A stretch of 64,000 bases of DNA, taken from positions 96,001 to 160,000 of the forward strand of contig CBDEUM010000034.1 of NCBI GenBank assembly GCA_965242925.1. The letters run 5' to 3'. Below, piece after piece: positions 32,068-42,480 of the stretch. The translations under genes were made by a program, and so were the position numbers. The stretch is from Roseibacillus sp. Its GTDB lineage: Bacteria; Verrucomicrobiota; Verrucomicrobiia; Verrucomicrobiales; Akkermansiaceae. Below the pieces are notes generated by a model. The model had not been told where the DNA came from, searched no databases, and saw only the letters and a program-made list of their open reading frames with translations. How positions within the stretch are numbered: the stretch's first letter is position 1; each line of letters opens with the position of its first letter.

Positions 32068-33461
32068 GACCTGCTTCAAGACGATCCTTCCTGCGCGGCA
32101 TGGGTGGAGCCACCCTGGCCCTGCCGTGGATGGAGAGTTTCGGTCGGGAGGCCGCGGTCGCGGAACCCGCCCAGCGCATTGCATGGTTTTATGTGCCGAT
32201 CGGAGTGGTGCGCCGCGGGTTCTTTCCCGGGGAGGCAGCAGCGGGAATCCCGAAATTTACCGGTAGCCGCAAGAAGATGGCGGAGGGCGTCACGCAGATC
32301 CCGGTGGGAGCCCGTCCCCTCGAACTGACGCCCACCATGAAGCCCCTCGAGAAGATGAGGGAGAAGGTCACCCTGATCACCGGGATGGACCGGACCTTCC
32401 AGCCGGGCACGGACGTGCACGCGCAGTGCGCCTCCTGCTTCCTCACCAGTGCCAGTGCCTTCGCGGTGACCCAGTCCCCCTATCCACTCGCTCGCAGCCT
32501 TGATCACGTCATCGCGGATACGACCGGGGAGAAGACCCCGTTCCGGACCCTCGAATTCAGCTGCAACAGCCATAAGGACAACAAGGAGTCCATGTATTTT
32601 GACAACATCTCCTGGTACGGGACCGGGCACGTGGCACCTTCCCTGCGTGACCCGCGCAAGGCCTACCGCCGCCTGTTCGGGACCAAGGAGATCAAGGCCT
32701 ACCGCAATATCACCGACCTCGTGCTGGAGAACGCCCGTTCCCTCCGGCGTCAGCTCGGCTACAGTGACCAGCAGAAGTTCAACGAGTATTTCGACTCCAT
32801 CCGCACCATTGAGGAGCAGACGGAAAAACTCGAGGAGATGCGGGGGCAGCTGGCCAAGGCCAGGATCGAGGAGCCCCCGGAGGCCCATCTGCCGCGGGGG
32901 GAATACATCCGCCTGATGGGAGACCTGATGGTGGTGGCCCTGCAGACCGGCCTGACCAATGTCGCCACCTTCATGGTCGGTCCCGAGCGCTGGGACACGC
33001 CGTATCTCTTTGAGAGCCTCTTTGAAAAACCGCGCAGTCATCACGGAATGTCCCATAACCAGGGCAAGTTCATCGATGACCTGCTCAAGGTCGACCACTT
33101 CCACATGGAGCAGTTTGCCTACCTCCTGGAGAAGATGGATACCATCAGGGAGGCCAACGGGACTTCCCTCCTCGACAACACGATCTTCACCTATGGGTCC
33201 GGGCTGGGGGATGGTGCCACGCACCAGTACAGTGCCCTGCCGATTGTCGTGGCCGGATCCGGTGGCGGTCGACTCGCCACCGGCCAGCATATTAACCTCT
33301 CCGCCAACTCGGGCGCCGTTCCCAAGGAGGACGGCAAGTATCAAAAAGTCGAGGGCGGCACGCCGCTGGCCAACCTCTGGCTGACCCAGGCACAGGCCAT
33401 GGGAGTGAAGATAGAACGCTTTGCCGACAGCACGGGCACCCTGTCGCAATTGACGGCCTGA
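32064..33461 (+). CDS. DUF1552 domain protein
   Basis: SRRSFLRG...LPWMES, ALQTGLTNV, HHGMSH, LPIVVAG; start overlaps the upstream stop (GTGA). Confidence 0.92.
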   Translation: MRPASRRSFLRGMGGATLALPWMESFGREAAVAEPAQRIAWFYVPIGVVRRGFFPGEAAAGIPKFTGSRKKMAEGVTQIPVGARPLELTPTMKPLEKMREKVTLITGMDRTFQPGTDVHAQCASCFLTSASAFAVTQSPYPLARSLDHVIADTTGEKTPFRTLEFSCNSHKDNKESMYFDNISWYGTGHVAPSLRDPRKAYRRLFGTKEIKAYRNITDLVLENARSLRRQLGYSDQQKFNEYFDSIRTIEEQTEKLEEMRGQLAKARIEEPPEAHLPRGEYIRLMGDLMVVALQTGLTNVATFMVGPERWDTPYLFESLFEKPRSHHGMSHNQGKFIDDLLKVDHFHMEQFAYLLEKMDTIREANGTSLLDNTIFTYGSGLGDGATHQYSALPIVVAGSGGGRLATGQHINLSANSGAVPKEDGKYQKVEGGTPLANLWLTQAQAMGVKIERFADSTGTLSQLTA

Positions 33462-33543
33462 GGCCGGGGGAGAGCAGGCCAGGGGATTCAACAATTCGAC
33501 TTGTTCCCTGTCCAGGGACGGTGATCTGCTCCAGAGTCCGGTC

Positions 33544-34560
33544 ATGAAAATCGAGCTTCCAGGCGTTCTCCAGTTCCTGTTGGCGGGGGCTTTCGTCTTC
33601 CTCCTTCCGGGTTGCGGTGGAGGGGACAGGGAGCAGGAGACGGAGGCAGTGACTTCCGGGGAGGAGAACCCGGAAGAGGGCGCCAGCCTGCAGGATTTCC
33701 TCCCGGGCAAGGCGGTGGTGGGGGAGTTTGGGGAAGTAGAGATATTTGAAGGCAGTATGCGGTTTCTCTTCGCCGAGGGAGGGGAATTTACCCTCAGTCA
33801 AGTTGGGAGGCACGACCGGAAGGCATCCGGGACCTACGAGGTGAAAGGTCCGGCGGTTGTCATCAGGATCGAGGACGAGCAGGACATCGGGGTCCTGAAG
33901 TTTCCCGGCGGCCTCCCAGTGGTGGGCGGGGAGATCCGACTCGAATCCGGGGAGGATAAGATCGTCAAAGGGCGCATCACGGCGGTCCAAGCCCACGTCA
34001 TCTACGGTCAGGTGCCCCGGACCTCTGCAGATTTAATGAAGCTGCTGGGCACTCCTCTCAACGAGCGTGAGAAGCAATACGTGGGCCGCTGGACCGGAGG
34101 GGATCAGGAGGGCCAGTGGGCGCAAATTGTTCGCGAGGATCACACCTACTCCTATTTGCACAGGGGGACGGAGTATGATGTAAAGGATGGCGATGTGGTC
34201 TCGGGTAATGGACACGGGATCTGGACCATTGCGAATGACGTTATTTACTTAGGGGGTTTCGTGTGGGATGGGAAAAAGGTATCCATCGGGCGCGAGAATT
34301 GGGAGCCCTATGCCTTGGAGATTCTCTCCCTGGAAGCGGGAAAAGTGGTTTGTATCAGCGGAGCGGTTACCGAAGAGGGAGAATCCCTGAAGAGCGTGGA
34401 GCGTCGCATCGAGGAATTCGAGGAACCGGAAATGAAGCCTTTCAACACCCCGGAGGCGTTGAAGGGTTTTGATGTCTTGAAAGCCTATGAAGAGGCGAAG
34501 GACCCTGAGGGGGAGGAGGATGCGCCGACTGAGGAGGAAAGTGCCGCGGGGAGTTCATAG
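33544..34560 (+). CDS. Acidic hypothetical lipoprotein
   Basis: Hydrophobic stretch followed by an LPGC lipobox; long Glu-rich ORF. Confidence 0.7.
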   Translation: MKIELPGVLQFLLAGAFVFLLPGCGGGDREQETEAVTSGEENPEEGASLQDFLPGKAVVGEFGEVEIFEGSMRFLFAEGGEFTLSQVGRHDRKASGTYEVKGPAVVIRIEDEQDIGVLKFPGGLPVVGGEIRLESGEDKIVKGRITAVQAHVIYGQVPRTSADLMKLLGTPLNEREKQYVGRWTGGDQEGQWAQIVREDHTYSYLHRGTEYDVKDGDVVSGNGHGIWTIANDVIYLGGFVWDGKKVSIGRENWEPYALEILSLEAGKVVCISGAVTEEGESLKSVERRIEEFEEPEMKPFNTPEALKGFDVLKAYEEAKDPEGEEDAPTEEESAAGSS

Positions 34561-34801
34561 ACAGGAGGAGTCGTCACACTCCTGCACATGAGGCCTCTCT
34601 CGCAACCTGCCGGAAGGCCCCAAAAGCCAGGATCTACAACGGGCTTTTCTCACCCTCCGGCTCTACCGGCGCGAACCACACGACACAGGCAGACTCACAC
34701 CCTTCGTCCCAAGTCCGGATCCCGGGCGGGGAGAATCAATAGCCGACAGTTCGTGAAGACTGTGCGTCCTGCGCGGGAGCCTGAGTCAGAGGCACGCCGC
34801 C

Positions 34802-35739
34802 TTACTTCATGGTGTTGTCCTTGAGCGGCTTCCCATTGGTGGTGAGGACCTGGAAGTGGTGGAAGCCGTGTTTGCCTCCGCTGTATGTCCAGACAACCTT
34901 CTTGTCCCTCGTCACCTCGGTGAGTTTCACGCGATCACCAGTGGCATGGTAACTGGTGATCACCGTGTTTCCATTGGGAAGGCGCTGCACTCCACAGGCG
35001 TCGTCCAGGAGGTCTCTCTCCAATGTCCTGCGTTGTCCACTTTCCAGACAATCTTGCCCGCGCCATCGACCTCAATCACGCGGTTCCCGTTGGTGCATCC
35101 GATCAGGGTGTTCCCATCCGCCAGTCGAATGGCGGTAAAGGGCCAGTCCCGTTTCTCCCGGCCCCGGTCGTCGGTCGGAAAGGTCTTCAGGACCTTCCCG
35201 GTCCCGGGGTCGTATTCCTTGACCGCGAAATCGAGAAGGTGAGGGGCGATATAATTCCCATTCGGGAGTCGCCGCAACATACGGGTCTGCATGTGGCTGT
35301 TCTGCTTCTGGCAGGACAACAGCATGTCGTGAAGGACCTCCCCCTTGCGGTTGATCGTCCGGGCGCGTGGCTGAGGACCTAGTTCCGCAACAAGGAAGTT
35401 TCCGTCAGGAAGAAGTTGCACGGTACTGATCTCCTTCTGTTGTCCCTGGTAGGAGAACACCGTCCTGTTGGATGCGCGTTCGATTTCGGCAACTCCGCCT
35501 TTCGGGTATTCCTTGCAGGGATAAACCGCCAGCAGGACATTGCCATTGGGTAGAACCCAGCCATCACTGGCCGGAAGATCGATTTTCCATGAGACTTTGC
35601 CGTCCTCACCAATGATGGAAGAGCGGGCGCCCTTTCCAAGTCCCAGGAAGGAGTGCATGATCTTCCCCTTGTGGTGATCCGAGTAAAGCGGAGAGGCGAA
35701 AAGGAAGAAGAGGAGAAAAGCTGCGCGGGTGATCCTCAT
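34802..35739 (-). CDS. Secreted beta-propeller protein (arylsulfotransferase/PQQ-like repeats), frameshifted at ~35010-35030
   Basis: Repeated [RL]LP[ND]GNxL motifs continue across ORFs 34960..35790 and 34802..35023, which are in different frames. Confidence 0.75.
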
Positions 35740-35946
35740 GGATTGAGGCAGGAGGGAAGGCAGTCCGAAATCAGGGTGGAGGATTTGCATGTCAGTCCTG
35801 ATTTAGCACATCGACGGAGGAGGGGGAAGCAACTCTCATTCTCCCCAAATCTTCGCCGGAGAACAGGCGAGGATCATCAGCATCGCACCGGGAGGGAAAT
35901 ATCCTGGGAAACAGGATCCGGAGAAGCTGCACCGTGGCCCTGCGGG

Positions 35947-38900
35947 TTACTTGCGGCGTGTAGCCTTGTAACGACCTTCAATATCCAGGCCCTCGCCATT
36001 CAACTTGTGTTGAAAGCCGCCTTTGAGGGTGACGGATGCAGGGGTTTTCGCGATGGTCTTTTTCGTCCAGATGACCTCATCGCCATTGCGCAGAATGCAT
36101 CGGCCATCAGCAAGGAATTCCCGCGTGTAGCTCCCGAGATACTCCCATGTGCCGAGCAGGACGTGTCCCTTCAGGCTCACCGCGGGACGGTGAGCCGGAT
36201 TCTCAATCACTGGCACGGGGATCTCCAGGCCCTCCGGCAAGGCGGTTCCGGCCGGAGGAAGTCTGCGTAGGCGGATATTTCGGAACTCAATCGGAGCTCC
36301 TTCGGATTCGAGACAGAGAAAGCCGGAGGCGGGATTGATTCTGTTCCCTCCGGAGACTTCCTCTCCATTCACCCAGAGCCGGACTTCACCGTCAAGGGCA
36401 CGCACGTAATAGTGGTTCCACCTGTTGATCCCCAGCGTTGTTTCTTTCGAAGGAAAACTTCTCCGCCCGTTGGGGGCCACCGGCGGGAAGGGGGTCATCT
36501 TTATGGGGCCAACCGGGAAGACATCGCCATGGCTGGTGAACCAGTCGCTCTTCTTCTTATACTGGGCCTCATAGACCTCACGATAACCGAGATCCAGCAC
36601 CTGAACCTCAATGCCGTGGGGCAGTCGACCCCGGCCTTTCGCCAGATTTACAATGGATTGCGGGGTCGCCCAGACGAAGACGCCCGAGTTGCCGCCCTTC
36701 TTCTTGTGCATCCACATGCAGGAAAACTCGAAGTTGGTCAGGGGCTCGCGATAGCGAATCACGCCGGTTGGACGCCCGGAGCACCAGACATGACCGCCTT
36801 CCCAGCGCCACGTATCCGTCCAACAGTTGACATTGAGGAAGTCTTTCTTCGTCAATTCAATCCAGCCCCGGCCAATGCCCCGACTGAATGCCGGCTTAAT
36901 CTCCCCCGGAGGTGGAGCCGGTTTGCCGGTGGCACCGCCCATGAGATACTCAGCGATATCGCGCACATCCTGGCTTGAGAGGCCCATGGTCGACGCGGAG
37001 GGCATCCAGGAGTGGTTCTCCAGATACTGAATCTTCGCGTGTGGTCGACGATGGGGGACCTTGAGAGTCAGGCCGCCAATCGTCCTGACGCGGATCGCTC
37101 CGGCATGCCAGCTGTAGCCTCTGGACACACCTTCCAGGCGATGTTTGCCCTGGGTCACGACAAGAGGCTTGTCGTAGCCGTGAGCGAGCTCGGAAGAGGG
37201 TGTCACCAGGGCGCGGATCACCGTCTTTGCATCCCGCAACGTCCCCCAGTTGCTGATCTCCGGTCCGAAGGCGACACCTGCGTCGTTAATCCTGTGGCAG
37301 ATCAGACAGGAGGCGGCCTTGGCCTGGCCATTTCTCACGTCCGGTTCCAGGGCGGCGATCTCGTCGACAGATGCCAGTTCTGTCTTTCTGCCGTAATCCC
37401 CGGGGAAGGTGTAACTCTGAGTCAGCGCAATTGGGGGAGGATCGTTGATATCCTTTTCGATGAACTCACCAATGATCGCCTGGAACTCCTCATCCCGGAA
37501 GGCCGGGAGCTCACTGAAACGCTTCATGGCCGCGGCGTTACGCTTTCGTTCGTCCTCGGTGTAGCAGAGCGCGAAGGTGTAAGCGAGGCGGCGGAACTCT
37601 TCGATGCCCGTGTCCTGCGTCGTCATGCACTGCTCCAGATCGGACAGGGCCTGTGGCGATCGCATCCGCCAGGCCAGGTTCTTCTCTCGCCGGGTCCAGC
37701 TCTTGGGATCCGCCTGGGTGGGCCGGACAAGTTTTTCGTAGATCACCGCGCTGCGTCCATCGCAGACCGTGCCGATGGCTTCGAGATACCAGCGATTCCT
37801 GCCATCATACCCGGCGATGAGCTTGCCCAGGGGCTCAAGAGCCTTTTCGAGTTCGATGTCACGCAAGGGATGCAGGATCTCACGGCGCACCGCGGGGCAG
37901 GGATCGTCCGCCAGGAGCCTGACGAGAGGAAGAATGGGTTCCCTGCCGGCCAGGCGCAGAGCACGGAAGGCGATGATGCGTTCCTGGGCATCCTCTGACC
38001 TCAGCTGTGCCCTCACGTAGTCTGGACCCCTGGCATCCCTGAGTTGGGCAAGGATGAATACCGCCCGGGCGCAGTAGTAGGGATTGCCAGTGTTGGCCTT
38101 GATGAAACCCAACAGGGCGCCCGCGGCACCCGGCATGGTTTTCAGTTTATCCTGCGCGACCCAGCGAACGCCGGGGGCCGGGCTCTTCAGGGCATCGAGC
38201 AACCCAGCTTGAGAAGCAAAGTCGATCTCCGGTGGTTGCACGCGCTTCTCGTCGATGCGGTGCAGACGGAAGATCGCTCCTTCGGAATTCCCGGAGCCAC
38301 GGCCGTTGACGTGCGAATTCCAGTCAGTGATAAAGAGCGAACCGTCCGTGCTTGCCACGACGTCTGACGGCAGGAACCCTGAGGCCGATCGGTTGTCAGA
38401 CCCTCGGTCGGTCGCAAAAAAGGACTTGTCGAGATCAATCAGTTCCACCTGTGCATCCTTCAGCTCGGGCCGGAAGCGGAACAGGGCCCGGTGGACCGTT
38501 TCGCAAACGAGATAACTGCCTCGAAAGGCCGCCCCCAGTTCGTCGCCTTCGATGAAATAGTCGCCGGTGGGCGCTCCCGGACCCCAGAGATTGCCCGGCG
38601 GCGTCACGCCGGGGAAATGTTCGCGCCAGTGGCCCTCGTCGCGGCGCAGTGAGGACTTGTTGTGCCGCTCATAGGCATTCTTCACGATCTCCTGGGTTAC
38701 CAGCTTTCTTTCCCAACTCTTGGCAGAGTCTTCCCAGGAGCGATTCCCGTCCTCCAGGCAGGCATACCCGAAATTGGAATACTCCATCACCCAGGCCGCA
38801 CGGGCGTGGACCGGGTCGTCGTTGTCTGCTTGCAGAATATCACCAAAGGAGGTCACCAGCATCCCGTGTGGATTGCGTGCGTTCTGGAAAATGACCTCGG

Positions 38901-39576
38901 CATTGTGTCCATTTGGATCCATCCGCATCCCGAAGCCCCCGACGTAGAGACGCCCGTCATGACTGGTCTTCCCAATGCTGGCCGGGTTTTGACTGTAGTA
39001 GGAACTGGAGTGGATCCGGCGACCGTCCGCCATTGTTACATCCGCCCCCGTGTTGCCGTGGTTCACATACCATTTTCCGCTCGGGCCCGGCACGACGGCG
39101 TGCAGGGCATGGTCATGGGATCTGCCGTGGAATCCCTTGGCAATAATCACTTCACTGTCGATCTCCGGATCAAAGGAGTCGTCACGGTTGACGTCGGTGT
39201 AGACATGAATGTTCGGAGCCATCGACACGACGATGACATTATCGAAAACGCTGATCCCCATCGGTTTCGATCTGTAGGTCGGACCAAAGAGCTTCACGGA
39301 GTCGGCCCGGCCGTCGTTGTCAGTGTCCGCGAGGATCTTGATGCGGGCGTGCGGCACATTCGCCTTGCCGGAGTGCTGGAGATCCTCAGTCACCCACACG
39401 CGCCCTCTACTGTCCACGTCCATGGCCACTGGGCTGTGGATCATGTCGGTGCCGGCCCATAAAACGGCCTTTAATCCCTCAGCGACCGTAAAACTCTTCA
39501 GCGCGTCGTTCTGTTGAGCAGATATCGCGCCAGTGCAGAGCACCGACATGCATGTGATAAAGACAGCAGATTTCAT
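35947..39576 (-). CDS. PVC-type heme-binding CxxCH protein (propeller, HEAT repeats, cytochrome c) with a DUF1080 domain
   Basis: SPVAMDVDSRGRVWV, ILADTDNDGRAD, RNPHG, HEAT-like helices, CLICH...GPEIS, GNSGVF...EVQVLD...LESEG. Confidence 0.9.
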   Translation of the reverse strand: MKSAVFITCMSVLCTGAISAQQNDALKSFTVAEGLKAVLWAGTDMIHSPVAMDVDSRGRVWVTEDLQHSGKANVPHARIKILADTDNDGRADSVKLFGPTYRSKPMGISVFDNVIVVSMAPNIHVYTDVNRDDSFDPEIDSEVIIAKGFHGRSHDHALHAVVPGPSGKWYVNHGNTGADVTMADGRRIHSSSYYSQNPASIGKTSHDGRLYVGGFGMRMDPNGHNAEVIFQNARNPHGMLVTSFGDILQADNDDPVHARAAWVMEYSNFGYACLEDGNRSWEDSAKSWERKLVTQEIVKNAYERHNKSSLRRDEGHWREHFPGVTPPGNLWGPGAPTGDYFIEGDELGAAFRGSYLVCETVHRALFRFRPELKDAQVELIDLDKSFFATDRGSDNRSASGFLPSDVVASTDGSLFITDWNSHVNGRGSGNSEGAIFRLHRIDEKRVQPPEIDFASQAGLLDALKSPAPGVRWVAQDKLKTMPGAAGALLGFIKANTGNPYYCARAVFILAQLRDARGPDYVRAQLRSEDAQERIIAFRALRLAGREPILPLVRLLADDPCPAVRREILHPLRDIELEKALEPLGKLIAGYDGRNRWYLEAIGTVCDGRSAVIYEKLVRPTQADPKSWTRREKNLAWRMRSPQALSDLEQCMTTQDTGIEEFRRLAYTFALCYTEDERKRNAAAMKRFSELPAFRDEEFQAIIGEFIEKDINDPPPIALTQSYTFPGDYGRKTELASVDEIAALEPDVRNGQAKAASCLICHRINDAGVAFGPEISNWGTLRDAKTVIRALVTPSSELAHGYDKPLVVTQGKHRLEGVSRGYSWHAGAIRVRTIGGLTLKVPHRRPHAKIQYLENHSWMPSASTMGLSSQDVRDIAEYLMGGATGKPAPPPGEIKPAFSRGIGRGWIELTKKDFLNVNCWTDTWRWEGGHVWCSGRPTGVIRYREPLTNFEFSCMWMHKKKGGNSGVFVWATPQSIVNLAKGRGRLPHGIEVQVLDLGYREVYEAQYKKKSDWFTSHGDVFPVGPIKMTPFPPVAPNGRRSFPSKETTLGINRWNHYYVRALDGEVRLWVNGEEVSGGNRINPASGFLCLESEGAPIEFRNIRLRRLPPAGTALPEGLEIPVPVIENPAHRPAVSLKGHVLLGTWEYLGSYTREFLADGRCILRNGDEVIWTKKTIAKTPASVTLKGGFQHKLNGEGLDIEGRYKATRRK

Positions 39577-39712
39577 CAAGGTCTCCGTTCCGGGGCGATG
39601 TTGCCATCTGAAACACGGCTCGAGCAACCCCCTCTTTCTGCCCCGGGGCCGGACGACTGGGGGAAGGCCTGTTTTTCCCGGAAACCCGCTGATGCGCCAC
39701 CCGTCAACTCGC

Positions 39713-41194
39713 TCACTTCGCGGGTTTCTCAAGAACCCAGTCCGGGGTTCCGAACCAATCGTGCATCTCCTTGGTGAACGGGGCCACGACTTCCTTCGGT
39801 TCCGGAAAGACACCACGATCACCCGTTTCGGCCATCCAGGTGTCAAGGGCGGCACTCATGGCAACGAGTGCCGCGCGATGGGCGGGGTTTTTCGATTGCG
39901 CAAGATTCACAATTTCGTGGGGATCCTTCAGCGTGTCATAGAGGAGCTCGTAGGGCATCGGCTGCATCAGTTGCAGGGCCGCCCCCCTGAGTTTGCCCTC
40001 GGCCATGAGGGTTCTCATCACGGGCTTGATCCGGAAACATTTCTCCTTGTATCGATTCAGCGTGAAAAAACCCTCCCCCTCACTGTAATTGCGGATGTAG
40101 TGGTAGCGGTCACCTCTTACTGATCGCATCCTGAGCGCGGTTTCATCAATGCGGTCACGGGCACTGAAGGCAAAACGACGGGGCTGATCGATCTCCCGGC
40201 CCAGGAAACGTCTTCCCTGCATGCCAAGTGGCTTTGTGATTCCGGCCATCGCAAGGGTGGTAGCGGTCAGGTCAATGAGGCTGATGACTTGCTCATTGAC
40301 CCCTCCCACCTTGTGCTGGGCCGGGGCAGGCACACTTTCCGGGTAGTAGATGATCATGGGGACATGGATGCCCGAATCCCACAACCAGTGAATGCCCCTG
40401 GGCTCCATCCTGCCATTGTCACCAAAGAAGATCACGATCGTGTTGTCAGCCACCCCATCTTTCTCCAGTTGCTCCAGAATCCATCCCACCCGGATGTCCA
40501 TGCCGGAAACGGAATTCAGGTAGCGGGACCACTCTTCCCTCACGATGGGATGTTCCGGATAGTAGGGAGGAGGCGTCACATTCCCGGGGGTGGCGACCTG
40601 GGGGTGTTGCTCCTCTCCGTCCCAGGTGACCCGGTCATGCCTGTAGGTCTGACGGTCATAAATGTCGTACTCGTTTTCCACCATGTTGATCATGGCGAAG
40701 AAAGGCTGGTCCCCCTTGAGCTTGGCCCAGTCCGTGGTGTGGTAGAGGGGTCCCTCGTTCACGAAGTTGAGGTCGAGCTTGCCGGTCCCCACGCGACGCT
40801 TCCCGATCATCTTGATGTTTGCTGTGACATAGCCCACATCGGAAAGGCGATGGGTAATGGGCCTCACCCCTTCCGGCAACCGGAAGTCATCGTCCCGGTG
40901 CGAGCGCATGTGGTGGGTGTCGGTGGTCGTGGCATACATGCCCACCATGAAGGCCGAGCGACTCGGAGCGCAGACCGGGGAGGTGGAATAGACATTGGTG
41001 TAGCGCTGTCCCTTCCTGGCCAGGCTGTCGAGATTAGGGGTCGCCACGTTTTCCATCCCGTAAATCCCAAGATCGAGACAGAGATTCTCCCCGACAATCC
41101 AGAGAAGGTTTGGCTTTTTGGCAGCAGCAGGGCCTTGGCCTGCCACCGCAATGAGCAGGGTGCAGAGAAATAGAACAGGTCGGTATCGTTTCAT
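39713..41194 (-). CDS. Sulfatase (S1)
   Basis: PNLLWIVGEN, CAPSR, GDNG, RDRIDE. Confidence 0.94.
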   Translation of the reverse strand: MKRYRPVLFLCTLLIAVAGQGPAAAKKPNLLWIVGENLCLDLGIYGMENVATPNLDSLARKGQRYTNVYSTSPVCAPSRSAFMVGMYATTTDTHHMRSHRDDDFRLPEGVRPITHRLSDVGYVTANIKMIGKRRVGTGKLDLNFVNEGPLYHTTDWAKLKGDQPFFAMINMVENEYDIYDRQTYRHDRVTWDGEEQHPQVATPGNVTPPPYYPEHPIVREEWSRYLNSVSGMDIRVGWILEQLEKDGVADNTIVIFFGDNGRMEPRGIHWLWDSGIHVPMIIYYPESVPAPAQHKVGGVNEQVISLIDLTATTLAMAGITKPLGMQGRRFLGREIDQPRRFAFSARDRIDETALRMRSVRGDRYHYIRNYSEGEGFFTLNRYKEKCFRIKPVMRTLMAEGKLRGAALQLMQPMPYELLYDTLKDPHEIVNLAQSKNPAHRAALVAMSAALDTWMAETGDRGVFPEPKEVVAPFTKEMHDWFGTPDWVLEKPAK

Positions 41195-41266
41195 TGTCGG
41201 GAAATCCTTTCAGGAGATTGATGAATCAGGGTGGAGGAGCTGGTTCAACCTGTCGCCGGTTCAGCC

Positions 41267-41866
41267 CTAGTCGGTCGTCTTGAGGTTGCGGAACCGGATC
41301 CAGCGCACTTTCTCATCGGAGCCGTCCTGGGTAAAGAGAGCAAAGTGGCTCTGGCCGGCACCGGGCAACTCGCATTGGCCGGCAACCTTGAACTGGTTGT
41401 TTCCTCCCATGGCGTAGCTGGCAACGACCTTGTGCCCCTCGACCTTCAACCGCAGACCAGTCGATTTTCCCTCCACCTTGATCTTGGCAAACACCTGTCC
41501 TTTCCCGCCGACCTCCCGCGCCAGGACGACATAGTAGTCTCCCTCGATGAACTCGTTGATGTATTTCACGAAGTGATCGTCATCGCGGTAGACCAGCAGG
41601 CCGCCCTGTTCGTACTTGGTCTCTGGTTCGACATGGCTCACCAGGACGCTGGCGGTCCTGCCCTCCGCCGCACTTTTCTCGACCAGGATGTTCCGGGCCC
41701 CCGTGCCGCTCCAGATCCGAGCCTTCTGGGCCCGTAGTTCGAGCACTCCGTCACGCATCCGGTGCCCCTTGGGGTCCTCCCGCACCCATCTCCAACCCGG
41801 ATAGGGTGAATCTGCGAGAGAGGGGAGAATGAGATTGCAGGCGCAGAGCAAGATGAGGATCTTCAT
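41267..41866 (-). CDS. Secreted ConA-like beta-sandwich protein (DUF1349-like)
   Basis: Signal peptide; WRWVREDP, YEQGGLLVYRDDDHFVK. Confidence 0.65.
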   Translation of the reverse strand: MKILILLCACNLILPSLADSPYPGWRWVREDPKGHRMRDGVLELRAQKARIWSGTGARNILVEKSAAEGRTASVLVSHVEPETKYEQGGLLVYRDDDHFVKYINEFIEGDYYVVLAREVGGKGQVFAKIKVEGKSTGLRLKVEGHKVVASYAMGGNNQFKVAGQCELPGAGQSHFALFTQDGSDEKVRWIRFRNLKTTD

Positions 41867-41917
41867 CAACCTAACCGTAACGCGAACCCGGCGATGGACA
41901 AGAACCCATGCCGTGAC

Positions 41918-42367
41918 TCAGGGGGAGGACTCGCCTTCTTCTCGGGAACGCTCAAGCTCCAGTAGAAATTCTCCAACAGGTCCGGTCCTGCTGGCCTCTT
42001 CATCCGCTGCACGTTCCTTGTGGATGGCGACTGCGATGACCATCATGTAGCCTAGGAAACATCCTGCGATTAGAAGCGCCTTGCGCCACGGAACATAAAA
42101 AAACCGGTGAAGAAGGGGAGTGAGGGGAAGAAAGAAGAGGAGAAGAATCAGGACCTGGCTAAAACCCCAGTACCAGTTCATCAGGAGACGGCAGAGAGCG
42201 AACTGCGGCAGGAAGACGATGATCGCCTTCGGATTGAGGTAGTAGAAGAAGACGCCGGAGCGTGCAGTAGTGGGTTCCCAATCCGCCTCATGCCGGGCAA
42301 AGAGGAACATCAGCACGAGAAGCACGATCAGGTCGATAAAAATAGAGCCCGTGTAAACATCATTCAT
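41918..42367 (-). CDS. Hypothetical membrane protein
   Basis: About four hydrophobic segments; co-oriented with its neighbours. Confidence 0.6.
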   Translation of the reverse strand: MNDVYTGSIFIDLIVLLVLMFLFARHEADWEPTTARSGVFFYYLNPKAIIVFLPQFALCRLLMNWYWGFSQVLILLLFFLPLTPLLHRFFYVPWRKALLIAGCFLGYMMVIAVAIHKERAADEEASRTGPVGEFLLELERSREEGESSP

Positions 42368-42480
42368 CTTCGTGCCGAGGAGGGAGACTCCTCTCCATAC
42401 GGGACCGTAACAGCAGCGCTCCGCCGGATGAACTGAAATCGGTAGTTCCCCAGCAAGGTGGTGGCGCTGAGACTTTGCCC

